DNA from: Octopus sinensis
Lineage: Eukaryota
Direction of reading: 5' to 3'
NCBI RefSeq assembly: GCF_006345805.1
Contig: NC_043019.1
Location: 21,079,360 to 21,143,359, forward strand
Length of the DNA: 64,000 bases
In this document: positions 53,881 to 64,000 of the stretch, one piece after another
Layout of the letters: every line of letters starts with the position of its first letter
Numbering within the stretch: position 1 is the first letter of the stretch
Notes under the pieces: model-generated
Told to the model about the DNA's origin: nothing
Seen by the model: only the letters and a program-made list of their open reading frames with translations
Databases searched by the model: none
Position numbers and translations under genes: made by a program

Positions 53881-54110
53881 TTTCTTTTTTTCATGATGAT
53901 ATGTTGATCTCCTGGCACTATCACGTCAACTATTAGGAACTCTTGTTTGTCCCTCCTAAAGGTTATTATATCCAGCCTTCAGTGCTCCGATACCTTGTCC
54001 TCCAGACACCGAAGGCCAGATATAGTAATCTTTAGGAGGGACAAACAAGGGTGCCTAATAATTGACGTGACAGTGCCAAGAGATCAAAATAGCATCATGA
54101 GAGAAAGAAA
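53881..54110. mobile_element. Fold-back (inverted duplication) of an R4/Dong-like RLE endonuclease fragment
   Basis: Arms 53881-53984 and 54007-54110 with a 22-nt spacer. The right arm encodes HRRPDIVIFRRDKQGCLIIDVTVPRD, the PD..D RLE motif. Confidence 0.8.
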
Positions 54111-54235
54111 GTGTCATATTAGAATTCTGCAATTCAACATGGTGCATCCCAAAAAAATATGGGCATTCTTTCGTTTGAACCGCATTCTTCATTAATTTCT
54201 GTAAAATTTTTTCATTTATTTACTTTTGCGTGCAT

Positions 54236-54744
54236 AGGCGCAGGAGTGGCTGTGTGGTAAGTAGCTTGTCTACCAACCACATGGTTCCGGGTTCAGTCCC
54301 ACTGCGTGGCACCTTGGGCAAGTGTCTTCTACTATAGCCTCGGGCTGACCAAAGCCTTGTGAGTGGATTTGGTAGACGGATACTGTGTGTGTTTGTGTGT
54401 CTGTGTTTGTCCCCTAGCATTGCTTGACAACCGATGCTGGTGTGTTTATGTCCCCGTTACTTAGCGGTTCGGCAAAAGAGACCGATAGAATAAGTACTGG
54501 GCTTACAAAAGAATAAGTCCCGGGGTCGAATTGCTCGATTAAAGGCGGTGCTCCAGCATGGCCGCAGTCGAATGACTGAAGCAAGTAAAAGAGAGTAAAA
54601 GAGAGTATGGACTGGCAAAAGAGACCGATAGAATAAGTACTGGGCTTATAAAGAATATGTCCCGGGGTCGATTTGCTCGACTAAAGGCGGTGCTCCAGCA
54701 TGGCCGCAGTCAAATGACTGAAACAAGTAAAAGAGTAAAAGAGT
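54236..54744 (+). mobile_element. SINE family 1 (tRNA-like head, internal microsatellite, AGTAAAAG tail) with a duplicated 3' end
   Basis: Head GGCGCAGGAGTGGCTGTGTGG...GGTTCAGTCCC. The 3' ~130 bp is repeated at 54613-54744. Confidence 0.85.
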
Positions 54745-55312
54745 ATGTTCAGCTTTGTATATTTGTAGTCAGTAACACATGCACACGTGTGTTTTTGTAT
54801 GTATGTTTGTATAGATTTATGTATGTTTGTGTTTGTGTGAGAAAGAGTAAGAGAGACATAGAGAGAGAGAGTGAAGGGATGTGTTGTCATGTATACAAAC
54901 ATACGTAAATACATATGCATACATTTTTTTTGTATGTATCTGTACGTGTGTATGTGAGACAGAGAGAGTGATGTCTAAGTGGTACTCACTCACACTCTCT
55001 CTCTTTCTCTCTCACAGACATCCATTTCATATACACATACATACATCTTTCACTTTCTCATCTCTTTCACTTTAAAACAAAAGTAAATAAATAAAATTTT
55101 TTTACAGAAATTAACAATCAAAACCAGCTGTTCATTTTGGCATTTCTGCAGGTTCAACCAAAAGAATGCCAAAATATGCAATTGAAAAGAACATTTAGCA
55201 GCAGAGGCATGACGGCAGAGAATATCATAAAAATGACTAGAATTGGGAATCAAATGTGAAAATAATATCATGTGGCAAGCAGAAAACTGCCCGGAGGGCG
55301 GTCTTTCTATTA

Positions 55313-55347
<35 letters not shown>

Positions 55348-55354
<7 letters not shown>

Positions 55355-55586
55355 GTTGTACACTGTCAACATAACATGACAGTCCTGTAAAGGGAATTAC
55401 AACACCACTATTTAGCCCTAGGAAGCATCGACGCTTCCTGTCAGCTTTGACACATTTCCTGTGTCCAGGTGTTAATCCTAGCTGGTGGGGTGCTTGCCTC
55501 CCCTTCACAAATATAAGGACACAGGAAACGTGGTGTAATTCCCTTTATGGGAGTATCACGGTATGTTGACAGTATACAACCACTAT
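55348..55586. repeat. Inverted-repeat element (about 58-bp arms plus an inner inverted repeat) between (TA)n tracts
   Basis: TAGTGGTTGTACACTGTCAACATA...AAAGGGAATTACA versus its reverse complement at 55529-55586. Inner pair TTTCCTGTGTCC/GGACACAGGAAA. Confidence 0.85.
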
Positions 55587-56134
55587 ATCACCTCACCACC
55601 GCTCATGTCTCTTTGAGACATTTAGAAATTCAATATTTCTAATATATATATATATATGTATGTATGTGTGTGTGTGTGTGTGTGTGTGTGAATGAATGAA
55701 TGAAAGTGCATGGCTTATTGGTTAGGGTATTCAGCTCATGGTATAAAGGTCAGGAGTTTGGTTTCAGACAATGCATTGTGTCCTTGAGCAAGACACTTTA
55801 CTTCACGTTGTTCCAGCCCACTCAGTTGGCAAAAATGAGTTGCAGCTGTAATTAAAAGAGCCAACTTTGTTGCATTCTGTGTCATGCTGAATCTCTCTGA
55901 GAATTACATGCAGGATACACTTCTCTGTGGATTGCTCGGTCACTTGCACATTAATTAAACAAGCAGGCTGTTCTATTGATTAGATCAACAGGAAACCTCA
56001 TTGTCATGAGTGACTTAGCGCCAGTTTATATATCTATTATATAATAGTATGAGTGTTTTTCTAATTTATTAAAGTAGTTTTATGTTGTTTAGTTACAGTA
56101 ATATTTTTATTAATTACTAGACTAATCAAACAGT

Positions 56135-56513
56135 TGAGAAGTAATTGACAACTTAAACTGAAATGTTCAATTTATTGTTTGTAGTATAGGTTTCTGTTTT
56201 ATTAATGCTAATAAAAAATTATTGTCTATATATTGGGGGTGGGACTTGGTGGTATTAACATGGTGATAACTATATATTTTGATAACTCTGTAACATGATT
56301 TTTGTCCTTGGGAAGCAACTATTAGTTGGGAAGTAATAAACAACTTAAACTGAAATATTTAATTTAATGTTTGTGTATTGGGTGTGTAGGTTTCTGTATT
56401 ATTAACAACGCTAATAAAAATTTATTGTCTGTATATTGGGGGGTGGGGCTTGGTGGTATTAACATGGTGATAATTACTTATTTTGATAACTCTGTCACAT
56501 GATTTTTGTCCTT
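56135..56513. repeat. About 190-bp tandem duplication
   Basis: ACAACTTAAACTGAAAT...CATGATTTTTGTCCTTG occurs twice. Confidence 0.85.
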
Positions 56514-56735
56514 GTGTAGCCACTGTTATTTCCTATTTGCTTACCCTTAGAAAGTTTGAAAAATGGCTAACATTTCCTTTCCTCCTTTCAGGATCAATAA
56601 AATAAGTACCAGTTAAATTCTGGGGGTCAATCTAATTGACTTACTCCTCTTCCCCAAAAGATTGTTGGCTTTGTGCAAAAATTTGAAATGATGTTTCTCA
56701 CTGTAAAATTGTATTGTTTTGTTTTTTGTTTCTAG

Positions 56736-56855
56736 TAAATCGAGGCTGTACTCACAAAGCGTGTAGTTATGGCTGCCGAGAAACCTCACAAGGACCCAAG
56801 TGTTTTTGTGCGAAGGGCATGCAACCTAAGGCTGACAATGAACTTCAGTGTGAAG
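56736..56855 (+). CDS. LRP1: LRP1-like gene, EGF-like domain exon (not in the ORF track)
   Basis: Polypyrimidine tract then tctag|TA...GAAG|gtattt; 120 nt, phase 1-1. Translates VNRGCTHKACSYGCRETSQGPKCFCAKGMQPKADNELQCE, in frame with both neighbouring exons. Confidence 0.92.
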
Positions 56856-57077
56856 GTATTTGTTATCTTTATTTCTTTTTTCTCTGAAATACATGTTTTC
56901 AAAGACTTCTCACTCCTTTAAGTCTTTGCCATTAAGTATTGTTGTTTATGTAATTAATCATTAAACCAGGTCTAAATTTGACCGGCTTTTCTAAACTAAA
57001 GATAGGTGCAGGTATGGCTGTATGGTTGAGAAGTTTGCTTCTTAACCATGTGGTTTGGGGTTCAGTCCCATGGAACA

Positions 57078-57311
57078 GTATATATTTCTTTACTACCCAC
57101 AAGGGGCTAAACATAGAGGGGACAAACAAGGACAGACAAAGGGATTAAGTTGATTACATCGACCCAGTGCGAAACTGGTACTTTATTTATCGATCCCAAG
57201 AGGATGAAAGGCAAAGTCAACCTCGGCGGAATTTGAACTCAGAACGTAATGACAGACGAAATACCGCTAAGCATTTCTCTCGGTGCCCTAACGTTTCTGC
57301 CAGCTCGCTGC
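57078..57311 (-). mobile_element. SINE family 2 inserted in an old family 1 head
   Basis: Reverse match, flanked by CCCATGGnnCAGTATA direct repeats. Confidence 0.85.
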
Positions 57312-57749
57312 CCATGGCTCAGTATAGCTTTAGGTTGACCAATGCATTTTGAGTAGAATTTAGATGGAAACTGTGTGGAATCCTATTATACATGACTATG
57401 TGCTTCATCATCCTCATTTAATATGTGCTCCATGCTGAGGTGGGTTGGAGGGTTTAACAGGATTCAATGAGTTTGAGGACCATATCATACTCCAGTGTAT
57501 GTTATGGAATGGTTTCTAATACTGGTTGCCCTTCTTTGTTTTAACCACTTTAGAGTGGTTTTTTTTTGTGTGTGTGTTTGTTCTTAACTTCAAAACTAGT
57601 GAAGTCACCATGCATCTTGCAAGACTAATAGGCCTTAAGGGCCCCTATTGTTGATAGATAATAAAAGAGGAGAGACACAGAAAGTGATTGGAATGTGATG
57701 ATTGTAGGTAGGGTGATGAGAGAGTGTGAAGTATGATATGGGGAAGCAG

Positions 57750-57782
<33 letters not shown>

Positions 57783-58157
57783 GCTGTGGGAGGCTGGTAG
57801 TGGAGAGAGTAACAGAGTAGTCAATATTGTGGTGTGGAGGGAGTATGGAAGGGATAGGGGAAAGAAAAGGGATTAGTAATTAGGGTATTGAGCTCATGAC
57901 CATAAGATTGGGAGTACAGTTCCTGGCAGCACATGTCCTTCAGCAAGACTCTTTATTTCACGTTGTTCCAGTCCACTGGCAAAAATGAGTATTACCTGTA
58001 TTTCAAAGAGCCACTCTTGTCACATCTTGTGTCACACTGAATCTCTCTGAGATCTACATTTAGGGCACGTGTGCCTGTGGATTGTGCAGCCACTTGCACA
58101 TTTATTTCATGAGCAGGCTGTTCTGTTGATTGGATCAACCAGAATCCTTGTCCTGAG

Positions 58158-58660
58158 TTTTTTTTTAAATCTCTCGCTCAGGCCCATGCTTTCACCATCT
58201 GAGACATTGGCCATCGATTATCATCCTCCATTCAGGCCTGTCCTAGGACTTCCTCTCTGTTCTCGGCTCCAGCAATTTCTAGGCCAGATCACCAGGAGCT
58301 TCTTTGGCCTTCTTCTTCCATTTACTTTGGTAGGGGATGAGGGTTCTACTCAAGGGAAGTCTGATAACAGTCATTCCCATGATAACAAAATTGTATCGCT
58401 TCCACTCAGCAGCAACTGGTACTGTTTTGCCTCTTTCATTCATGGTTCTGATGTTCCACAAACCAAAGAAGGCTTTATTCCTCAGCATTAAGAAACCCAT
58501 CAGATGCAAAGCAGCCTTTTTGTAGAAGCTGCTATGCTTCATTCCTCCTTTGTAAGGTCCTTCTGACTCCCCAGAACTCTAAGATTTTCTTTGGTTGTTT
58601 TGGACGTTTCTGGACCAAGTGTAATTTTTTACAAAATGAGGCTGCTAACCCAACACCGGG
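58158..58660 (-). mobile_element. Internally deleted (bipartite) RTE-clade LINE derivative, copy 1
   Basis: RTE 5'UTR-like GGGTTAGCAGCCTCATTTTGTAAAAA. Endonuclease start GLWNIRTMNERGKT..VAAEWKRYNFVIMG is joined to C-terminal motifs RRPK..W and ERKS*DRPEWRMIIDGQC, then an A-tail. Confidence 0.7.
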
Positions 58661-58960
58661 TTAAATATCATTTGTTTTACAAAATTAATTTTTTTTTATT
58701 TAATTTTATTAAAAAAGACACTTTATTTTGTGTAACTAATTTTTTAAAACTTAGTTGTACACAATAAGTAGAGGCGCAGGAGTGGCTGTGTGGTAAGTAG
58801 CTTGTTTACCAACCACATGGTTCCAGGTTCAGTCCCATTGCGTGGCACCTTGGGCAAGTGTCTTCTACTATAGCCTCGGGCTGACCAAAGCCTTGTGAGT
58901 GGATTTGGTAGACGAAAACTGAAAGAAGCCCATCGTATATGTATATATATATATATATAT

Positions 58961-58992
<32 letters not shown>

Positions 58993-59367
58993 GCTGTGGG
59001 AGGCTGGTAGTGGAGAGAGTAACAGAGTAGTCAATATTGTGGTGTGGAGGGAGTATGGAAGGGATAGGGGAAAGAAAAGGGATTAGTAATTAGGGTATTG
59101 AGCTCATGACCATAAGATTGGGAGTACAGTTCCTGGCAGCACATGTCCTTCAGCAAGACTCTTTATTTCACGTTGTTCCAGTCCACTGGCAAAAATGAGT
59201 ATTACCTGTATTTCAAAGAGCCACTCTTGTCACATCTTGTGTCACACTGAATCTCTCTGAGATCTACATTTAGGGCACGTGTGCCTGTGGATTGCGCAGC
59301 CACTTGCACATTTATTTCATGAGCAGGCTGTTCTGTTGATTGGATCAACCAGAATCCTTGTTCTGAG

Positions 59368-59871
59368 TTTTTTTTTTAAATCTCTCGCTCAGGCCCATGC
59401 TTTCACCATCTGAGACATTGGCCATCGATTATCATCCTCCATTCAGGCCTGTCCTAGGACTTCCTCTCTGTTCTCGGCTCCAGCAATTTCTAGGCCAGAT
59501 CACCAGGAGCTTCTTTGGCCTTCTTCTTCCATTTACTTTGGTAGGGGATGAGGGTTCTACTCAAGGGAAGTCTGATAACAGTCATTCCCATGATAACAAA
59601 ATTGTATCGCTTCCACTCAGCAGCAACTGGTACTGTTTTGCCTCTTTCATTCATGGTTCTGATGTTCCACAAACCAAAGAAGGCTTTATTCCTCAGCATT
59701 AAGAAACCCATCAGATGCAAAGCAGCCTTTTTGTAGAAGCTGCTATGCTTCATTCCTCCTTTGTAAGGTCCTTCTGACTCCCCAGAACTCTAAGATTTTC
59801 TTTGGTTGTTTTGGACGTTTCTGGACCAAGTGTAATTTTTTACAAAATGAGGCTGCTAACCCAACACCGGG
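59368..59871 (-). mobile_element. Internally deleted RTE derivative, copy 2 (part of the tandem duplication)
   Basis: Essentially identical to 58158-58660; both give the same 87-aa ORF in the track. Confidence 0.7.
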
Positions 59872-59982
59872 TTAAATATCATTTGTTTTACAAAATTAAT
59901 TTTTTTTTATTTAATTTTATTAAAAAAGACACTTTATTTTGTGTAACTAATTTTTTAAAACTTAGTTGTACACAATAAGTAG

Positions 59983-60146
59983 AGGCGCAGGAGTGGCTGT
60001 GTGGTAAGTAGCTTGTTTACCAACCACATGGTTCCAGGTTCAGTCCCATTGCGTGGCACCTTGGGCAAGTGTCTTCTACTATAGCCTCGGGCTGACCAAA
60101 GCCTTGTGAGTGGATTTGGTAGACGAAAACTGAAAGAAGCCCATCG

Positions 60147-60183
<37 letters not shown>

Positions 60184-60400
60184 GTGTGTGTGTTTGTGTG
60201 TCTGTGTTTGTTCCCCTAGCATTGCTTGACAACCGATGCTGGTGTGTTTATGTCCCCGTTACTTAGCGGTTCGGCAAAAGAGACCGCTAGAATAAGTACT
60301 GGGCTTACAAAAGAATAAGTCCCAGGGTCGAGTTGCTCGATTAAAGGGGGTGCTCCAGCATGGCCGCAGTCAAATGACTGAAACAAGTAAAAGAGAGAGA
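59983..60400 (+). mobile_element. SINE family 1, full length
   Basis: Same consensus as 54236-54606. Its 5' half is duplicated at 58772-58945. Confidence 0.88.
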
Positions 60401-60486
60401 GAGAGAGAGATGATTGATTTTCATTTATTTCTTTCTGTTTTTAATTTTAATTTTTCTTTTTCTTTGTTATTCTTGATTCCTTCTAG

Positions 60487-60615
60487 ACATGGATGAGTGC
60501 AGCTATGATGGCTTCTGTGACCAGACATGTGTTAATGGTTACACCAACTATTCATGCAGTTGTGTTGCTGGTTATGATCTCAAAGAGGACAACAAGTCTT
60601 GTGAAGCCATTAATG
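60487..60615 (+). CDS. LRP1: LRP1-like gene, calcium-binding EGF exon
   Basis: ttctag|AC...AATG|gtagg; 129 nt, phase 1-1. Translates [43 protein letters not shown], a cbEGF consensus (D-x-D-E-C, C-x-N). Confidence 0.93.
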
Positions 60616-60699
60616 GTAGGTGCTTCTTTTTTAAACACTTTAATAAGAATTGTTTTCTTTTTTTCATTTCATTTTTTCCAATCCCAATCTTTTTCTTTT

Positions 60700-60947
60700 C
60701 TCATCATTGTTCGACCGTGGTCGAGACAATGGAATTTACCATGCTACGCCAGACTTCACGGTCCATCATAGCATTACGGAGGTCCTGTTGCTGGATGCCT
60801 GTATCCCTGGAGATTGGGTAGGAGAGTGTGCACCCTCTGGTATTGCGAGTAGATGGCTTCCAGAGGAGAAGAGTAGAAATGACTTCTTTTTCAGCTCTAC
60901 AACAATGTCCAGCAAACTGGACTCTCCTATCTTTCACAAGCCTGATC
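60700..60947 (-). mobile_element. 5'-truncated RTE-type LINE 3' end
   Basis: ORF RRVQFAGHCCRAEKEVISTLLLWKP...[12 protein letters not shown] carries the RR..FAGH..R, LLW.P and DR..WR motifs of RTE-type C-termini. A TGA-repeat tail follows. Confidence 0.8.
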
Positions 60948-61799
60948 ACCACCATCATCATCTAGCTGTTCTTGTAATTGGTTTCAAATTTTGGCACAAG
61001 ACCAGCAATTTTTGGGGTGATAGATGAAATGCCGTTAAGCATTGTACCCCGCATACCAATGATTCTACCTACTATCCACCTTAATGTCGTTCTTGTAATT
61101 AGTACTAGATATGGCAAAGAGAGACAGCTATATCTGTGTCTATGTTGTTGTTGTAGTGGTGGAGGTGGTGGTGGTACTTGATAGACCGGTTCCCCAATAA
61201 TGTAACATCTATTTTGTAGTTGGTATTAGATATGGTAAGGAGAACCATTGTATTGTTGTTGCTGTTGGTACTCGATAGCCAGATGCCTGCCTTGTTGTTA
61301 CTTGACACAACAACGGGAGACAACAATTGTATATTTTGTTGTCAATCCTGATGTATTAACCCTTTTCCTTTCCATATTTCTGATGAAATACACTGCCTTT
61401 GTTTGAATTAAACTTGAAAATGATGATGAATTTAGTAAAACAATTTTGTCATTATTAAGTTGCTGTTTGAAGAATAAATTAACACGAAATTTTGATGGAA
61501 GAGGGTTTTAATTTAGATCACTTTAAAACAGGAATTTTGTTTCTCAGAATACAATATTTAACCCTTTTCTTTCCATATTTCTGCCTTTGAAAAATAATGA
61601 TGAATTTAGTAAAATAATTTTGCCATTATCAATATACTGGTGTTGAAATTTTTTGAAGGGCAGTTTTAAGGCAGATCACTTTAAAGAACTGGAAGTTTGT
61701 ATCATAGAATGAGGTGGGGGGGGGGGGCAGTGCCAAGCAGGTTGTTGTGGAAAGGGTTAATGTTTGCTACATTGCTCAAAAAACATTTCTTTATTTCAG

Positions 61800-61957
61800 T
61801 TCCAAAAGACGAAGAAGCAACACTGTTATACACCAACACGAATAACGTACAACATATCAGCTTGTCTGCCAACACAACCGGGGACACTCTCTTCAGTGTC
61901 GAAGGTCACGCTATCGAAACAATGGACTTCAATCACAGAAATTCATCATTCTGCTGG
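61800..61957 (+). CDS. LRP1: LRP1-like gene, exon encoding the start of the first YWTD beta-propeller
   Basis: tttcag|TT...TGG|gtcagt; 158 nt, phase 1-0. Translates VPKDEEATLLYTNTNNVQHISLSANTTGDTLFSVEGHAIETMDFNHRNSSFCW. The MDF.......CW motif and the LDLa-EGF-EGF-propeller order match the LRP1/LRP1B N-terminus. Confidence 0.88.
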
Positions 61958-62222
61958 GTCAGTGAAGCTTCTTTCTTACACCCCACCCAACAAATTTGGC
62001 AATTTTTGGCAAAATATGTACCTTTTTAACAAAAAGTTAGTGAAATATTTTAAATGTTTACAGTTGGATAGATAGACAAATATAATGAAATAAATTGATA
62101 AAAAATGTGAATTTTTAATTATTTTCTGAGATTTTACAAAAACAGCAAAAATATTTTAAAATTTTAATAACGATGTGTTATAATATTTTTATACTCATGC
62201 ATAATATATAATATTATAATAT

Positions 62223-62272
62223 TATAAACTTATGCACAACAATATTATAATATTGTTGTGCATAAGTTTATA
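62223..62272. repeat. Perfect 50-bp palindrome
   Basis: TATAAACTTATGCACAACAATATTA|TAATATTGTTGTGCATAAGTTTATA. Confidence 0.95.
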
Positions 62273-62325
62273 CAGACATGTAGGTAAAATACCGTAGGAA
62301 AAGGATTGTAAAGCAGATCTTTTAA

Positions 62326-62545
62326 CCCTTTAGTGTTCAGATTACTCTGTTAAATGTAATACTTTTTCACTCAAATTGTTTTGAATCTCTCATGCATTAT
62401 CTTACAGCTTTGAAGTTTCAATGATGTGATTGCTTATTTTTAGAATGTCAATGTAGGTTTGGTGTGAGAGGTTAGATATGGCTAGTTCAAATATAAGACA
62501 AGTAGAATATCTGGGCCAGATGTGGCCGATTTAAACACTAAAGGC
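62326..62545. mobile_element. piggyBac-like MITE family B
   Basis: TTAA|CCCTTTAGTGTT...AACACTAAAGGC|TTAA. Confidence 0.8.
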
Positions 62546-62931
62546 TTAAGCTGAGCCAATCAGGAGAGCTAGAAGTAGACCAAGAGCGAGACAGTTGGAT
62601 AATAACGTTAGTCTCAGTTGATTATGCTTGGGGGTCCAGTGGGAAAGTATAACGACAGTTTCTTCTGATAGAACATATGGATGGGGAACCTGAGAGCATT
62701 ACCCCAACAACACCTCCCAAGAATAGTGGACGGCAGAAATGGACGGATGTATAATACAGACACAAGAACACACGATGTAAGGGCAGGGTGTATGAACAGT
62801 TAGACTGAGCATCTTAATTTGTTATTACTTTATTTTATCAACAGAAGGGTTAAAGGTACAAAGTTTACCTTATTGGGATTTGAACTCAGAATTTTGAGGG
62901 GCATAAGCAAAATACCACAAGGCATTTTATC

Positions 62932-63220
62932 CAACCCTGGAATTGAACTCGGAATCTTGGGGTTAGTAGCCAGCGCTCTTAACCACTACGCCATATGGCG
63001 ACCTGAATAATAATAATGATAATTATAATAATAATAATAATAATAAACATTGAAAAATACCTTAGGAATGAGAACCCAGGTTTGAAATTTCCTCAAGACA
63101 CCTGATGAAGGCTGGAGGGTATATCAGCCGAAACGTTGTGTTAACAACAAACAAGATAAGGACAAATATCCGTCAAATGTAAATAATGTACATAATTCCT
63201 CATCTCTTAAATATAGAAAC
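62932..63220. mobile_element. Composite short repeat: tRNA-like head (minus strand), (TAA)n spacer and hammerhead-bearing Penelope-like terminal segment (plus strand)
   Basis: Minus strand 62932-63000 reads TGGCGTAGTGG...GAGTTCAATTCC (A/B boxes). (TAA)n lies at 63006-63046 and the hammerhead at 63097-63142. Confidence 0.55.
63097..63142 (+). ncRNA. Minimal type I hammerhead ribozyme motif (Penelope-type)
   Basis: gacac-CTGATGA-a-ggctg(gagggtatat)cagcc-GAAAC-GTT-gtgtt. Stem I, both core boxes, a 5-bp stem II and a loopless palindromic helix III are present. Confidence 0.7.
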
Positions 63221-63534
63221 TGTGCAACCAGCTCTTACGTGTTATGTCATGTTGACCCATTAAAACTGAACTCATTGATTTTATACTCAATAAAGCCGTT
63301 GCCTCCTACTATTTCTTGCCTATTCTAGAACACATTTACACTCCTATTCCATTGTCTTTTTATCTTTATCTCTGTTTCTTTATCACTGTGAGCAAACCTC
63401 TCCTTTCTCTATGTAACCACCTGTCTGTGTCTATTTTTATCTATTATTATTATTACCATATATCTGGTTTTTCCCTTATCTCTAATTTAGATGTGATTTA
63501 TATTCCTGTCGGTCTGTTTGTCTGTCTCTCTATC

Positions 63535-63937
63535 TCTTACTCTTTTACTCTTTTATTTGTTTCAGTCATTTGACTGCGGCCATGCTGGAGCACCGCCTTT
63601 AGTCGAGCAAATCGACCCTGGGACTTATTCTTTGTAAGCCCAGTACTTATTCTATCGGTCTCTTTTGCCGAACCGCTAAGTGATGGGGATGTAAACACAC
63701 CAGCATCGGTTGTCAAGCAATGCTAGGGGGACAAACACACACACACGAATATTTATATATATATATATATATACGACAGGCTTCTTTCAGTTTCTGTCTA
63801 CCAAATCCACTCACAAGGCATTGGTCGGCCCGGGGCTATAGCAGAAGACACTTGCCCAAGATGCCACGCAGTGGGACTGAACCCGGAACCATGTGGTTGG
63901 TTAGCAAGCTACTTACCACACAGCCACTCCTGCGCCT
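63535..63937 (-). mobile_element. SINE family 1
   Basis: Near-consensus full-length match. Confidence 0.88.
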
Positions 63938-64000
63938 ATCTCTCTATCTTTCTATCTGTTTGTCTTTCTATCTGTCTGTCTTTCTATCTGTCTGTCTGTC

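Larger units (their letters stand above)
57751..60181. repeat. About 1.21-kb near-perfect tandem duplication
   Basis: 57771-58940 repeats at 58981-60151 (offset 1210-1211). Junctions lie in (TA)n. Confidence 0.95.

Overview
AT-rich, microsatellite- and retroposon-dense animal DNA. The repeat families look like those of an octopus/coleoid cephalopod (recognition, not a database result). The only firmly supported gene is a + strand LRP1-like LDL-receptor family gene with four spliced exons: LDLa 52745-52885, EGF 56736-56855, Ca-binding EGF 60487-60615 and the start of the YWTD propeller 61800-61957. Its signal-peptide and first LDLa exons were not found, so most of the window is probably one very large intron. 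Nearly all ORFs in the supplied track are artefacts of microsatellites or SINEs. The rest consists of about five SINE-like families, TTAA-flanked piggyBac-like MITEs, RTE, R4/Dong, Tx1 and Penelope remnants, minisatellites, local duplications and many fold-back palindromes. Leads most worth following: (1) a candidate nested antisense multi-exon gene or pseudogene at 36.6-39.9 kb; (2) two Penelope-type hammerhead ribozyme motifs, one apparently intact at 63097-63142; (3) a bipartite, internally deleted RTE element; (4) hairpins built from retroelement sequence, including a cluster of fold-backs at 41.1-42.0 kb; (5) a 1.2-kb tandem duplication bounded by (TA)n tracts. Repeat boundaries were read by eye and are approximate.
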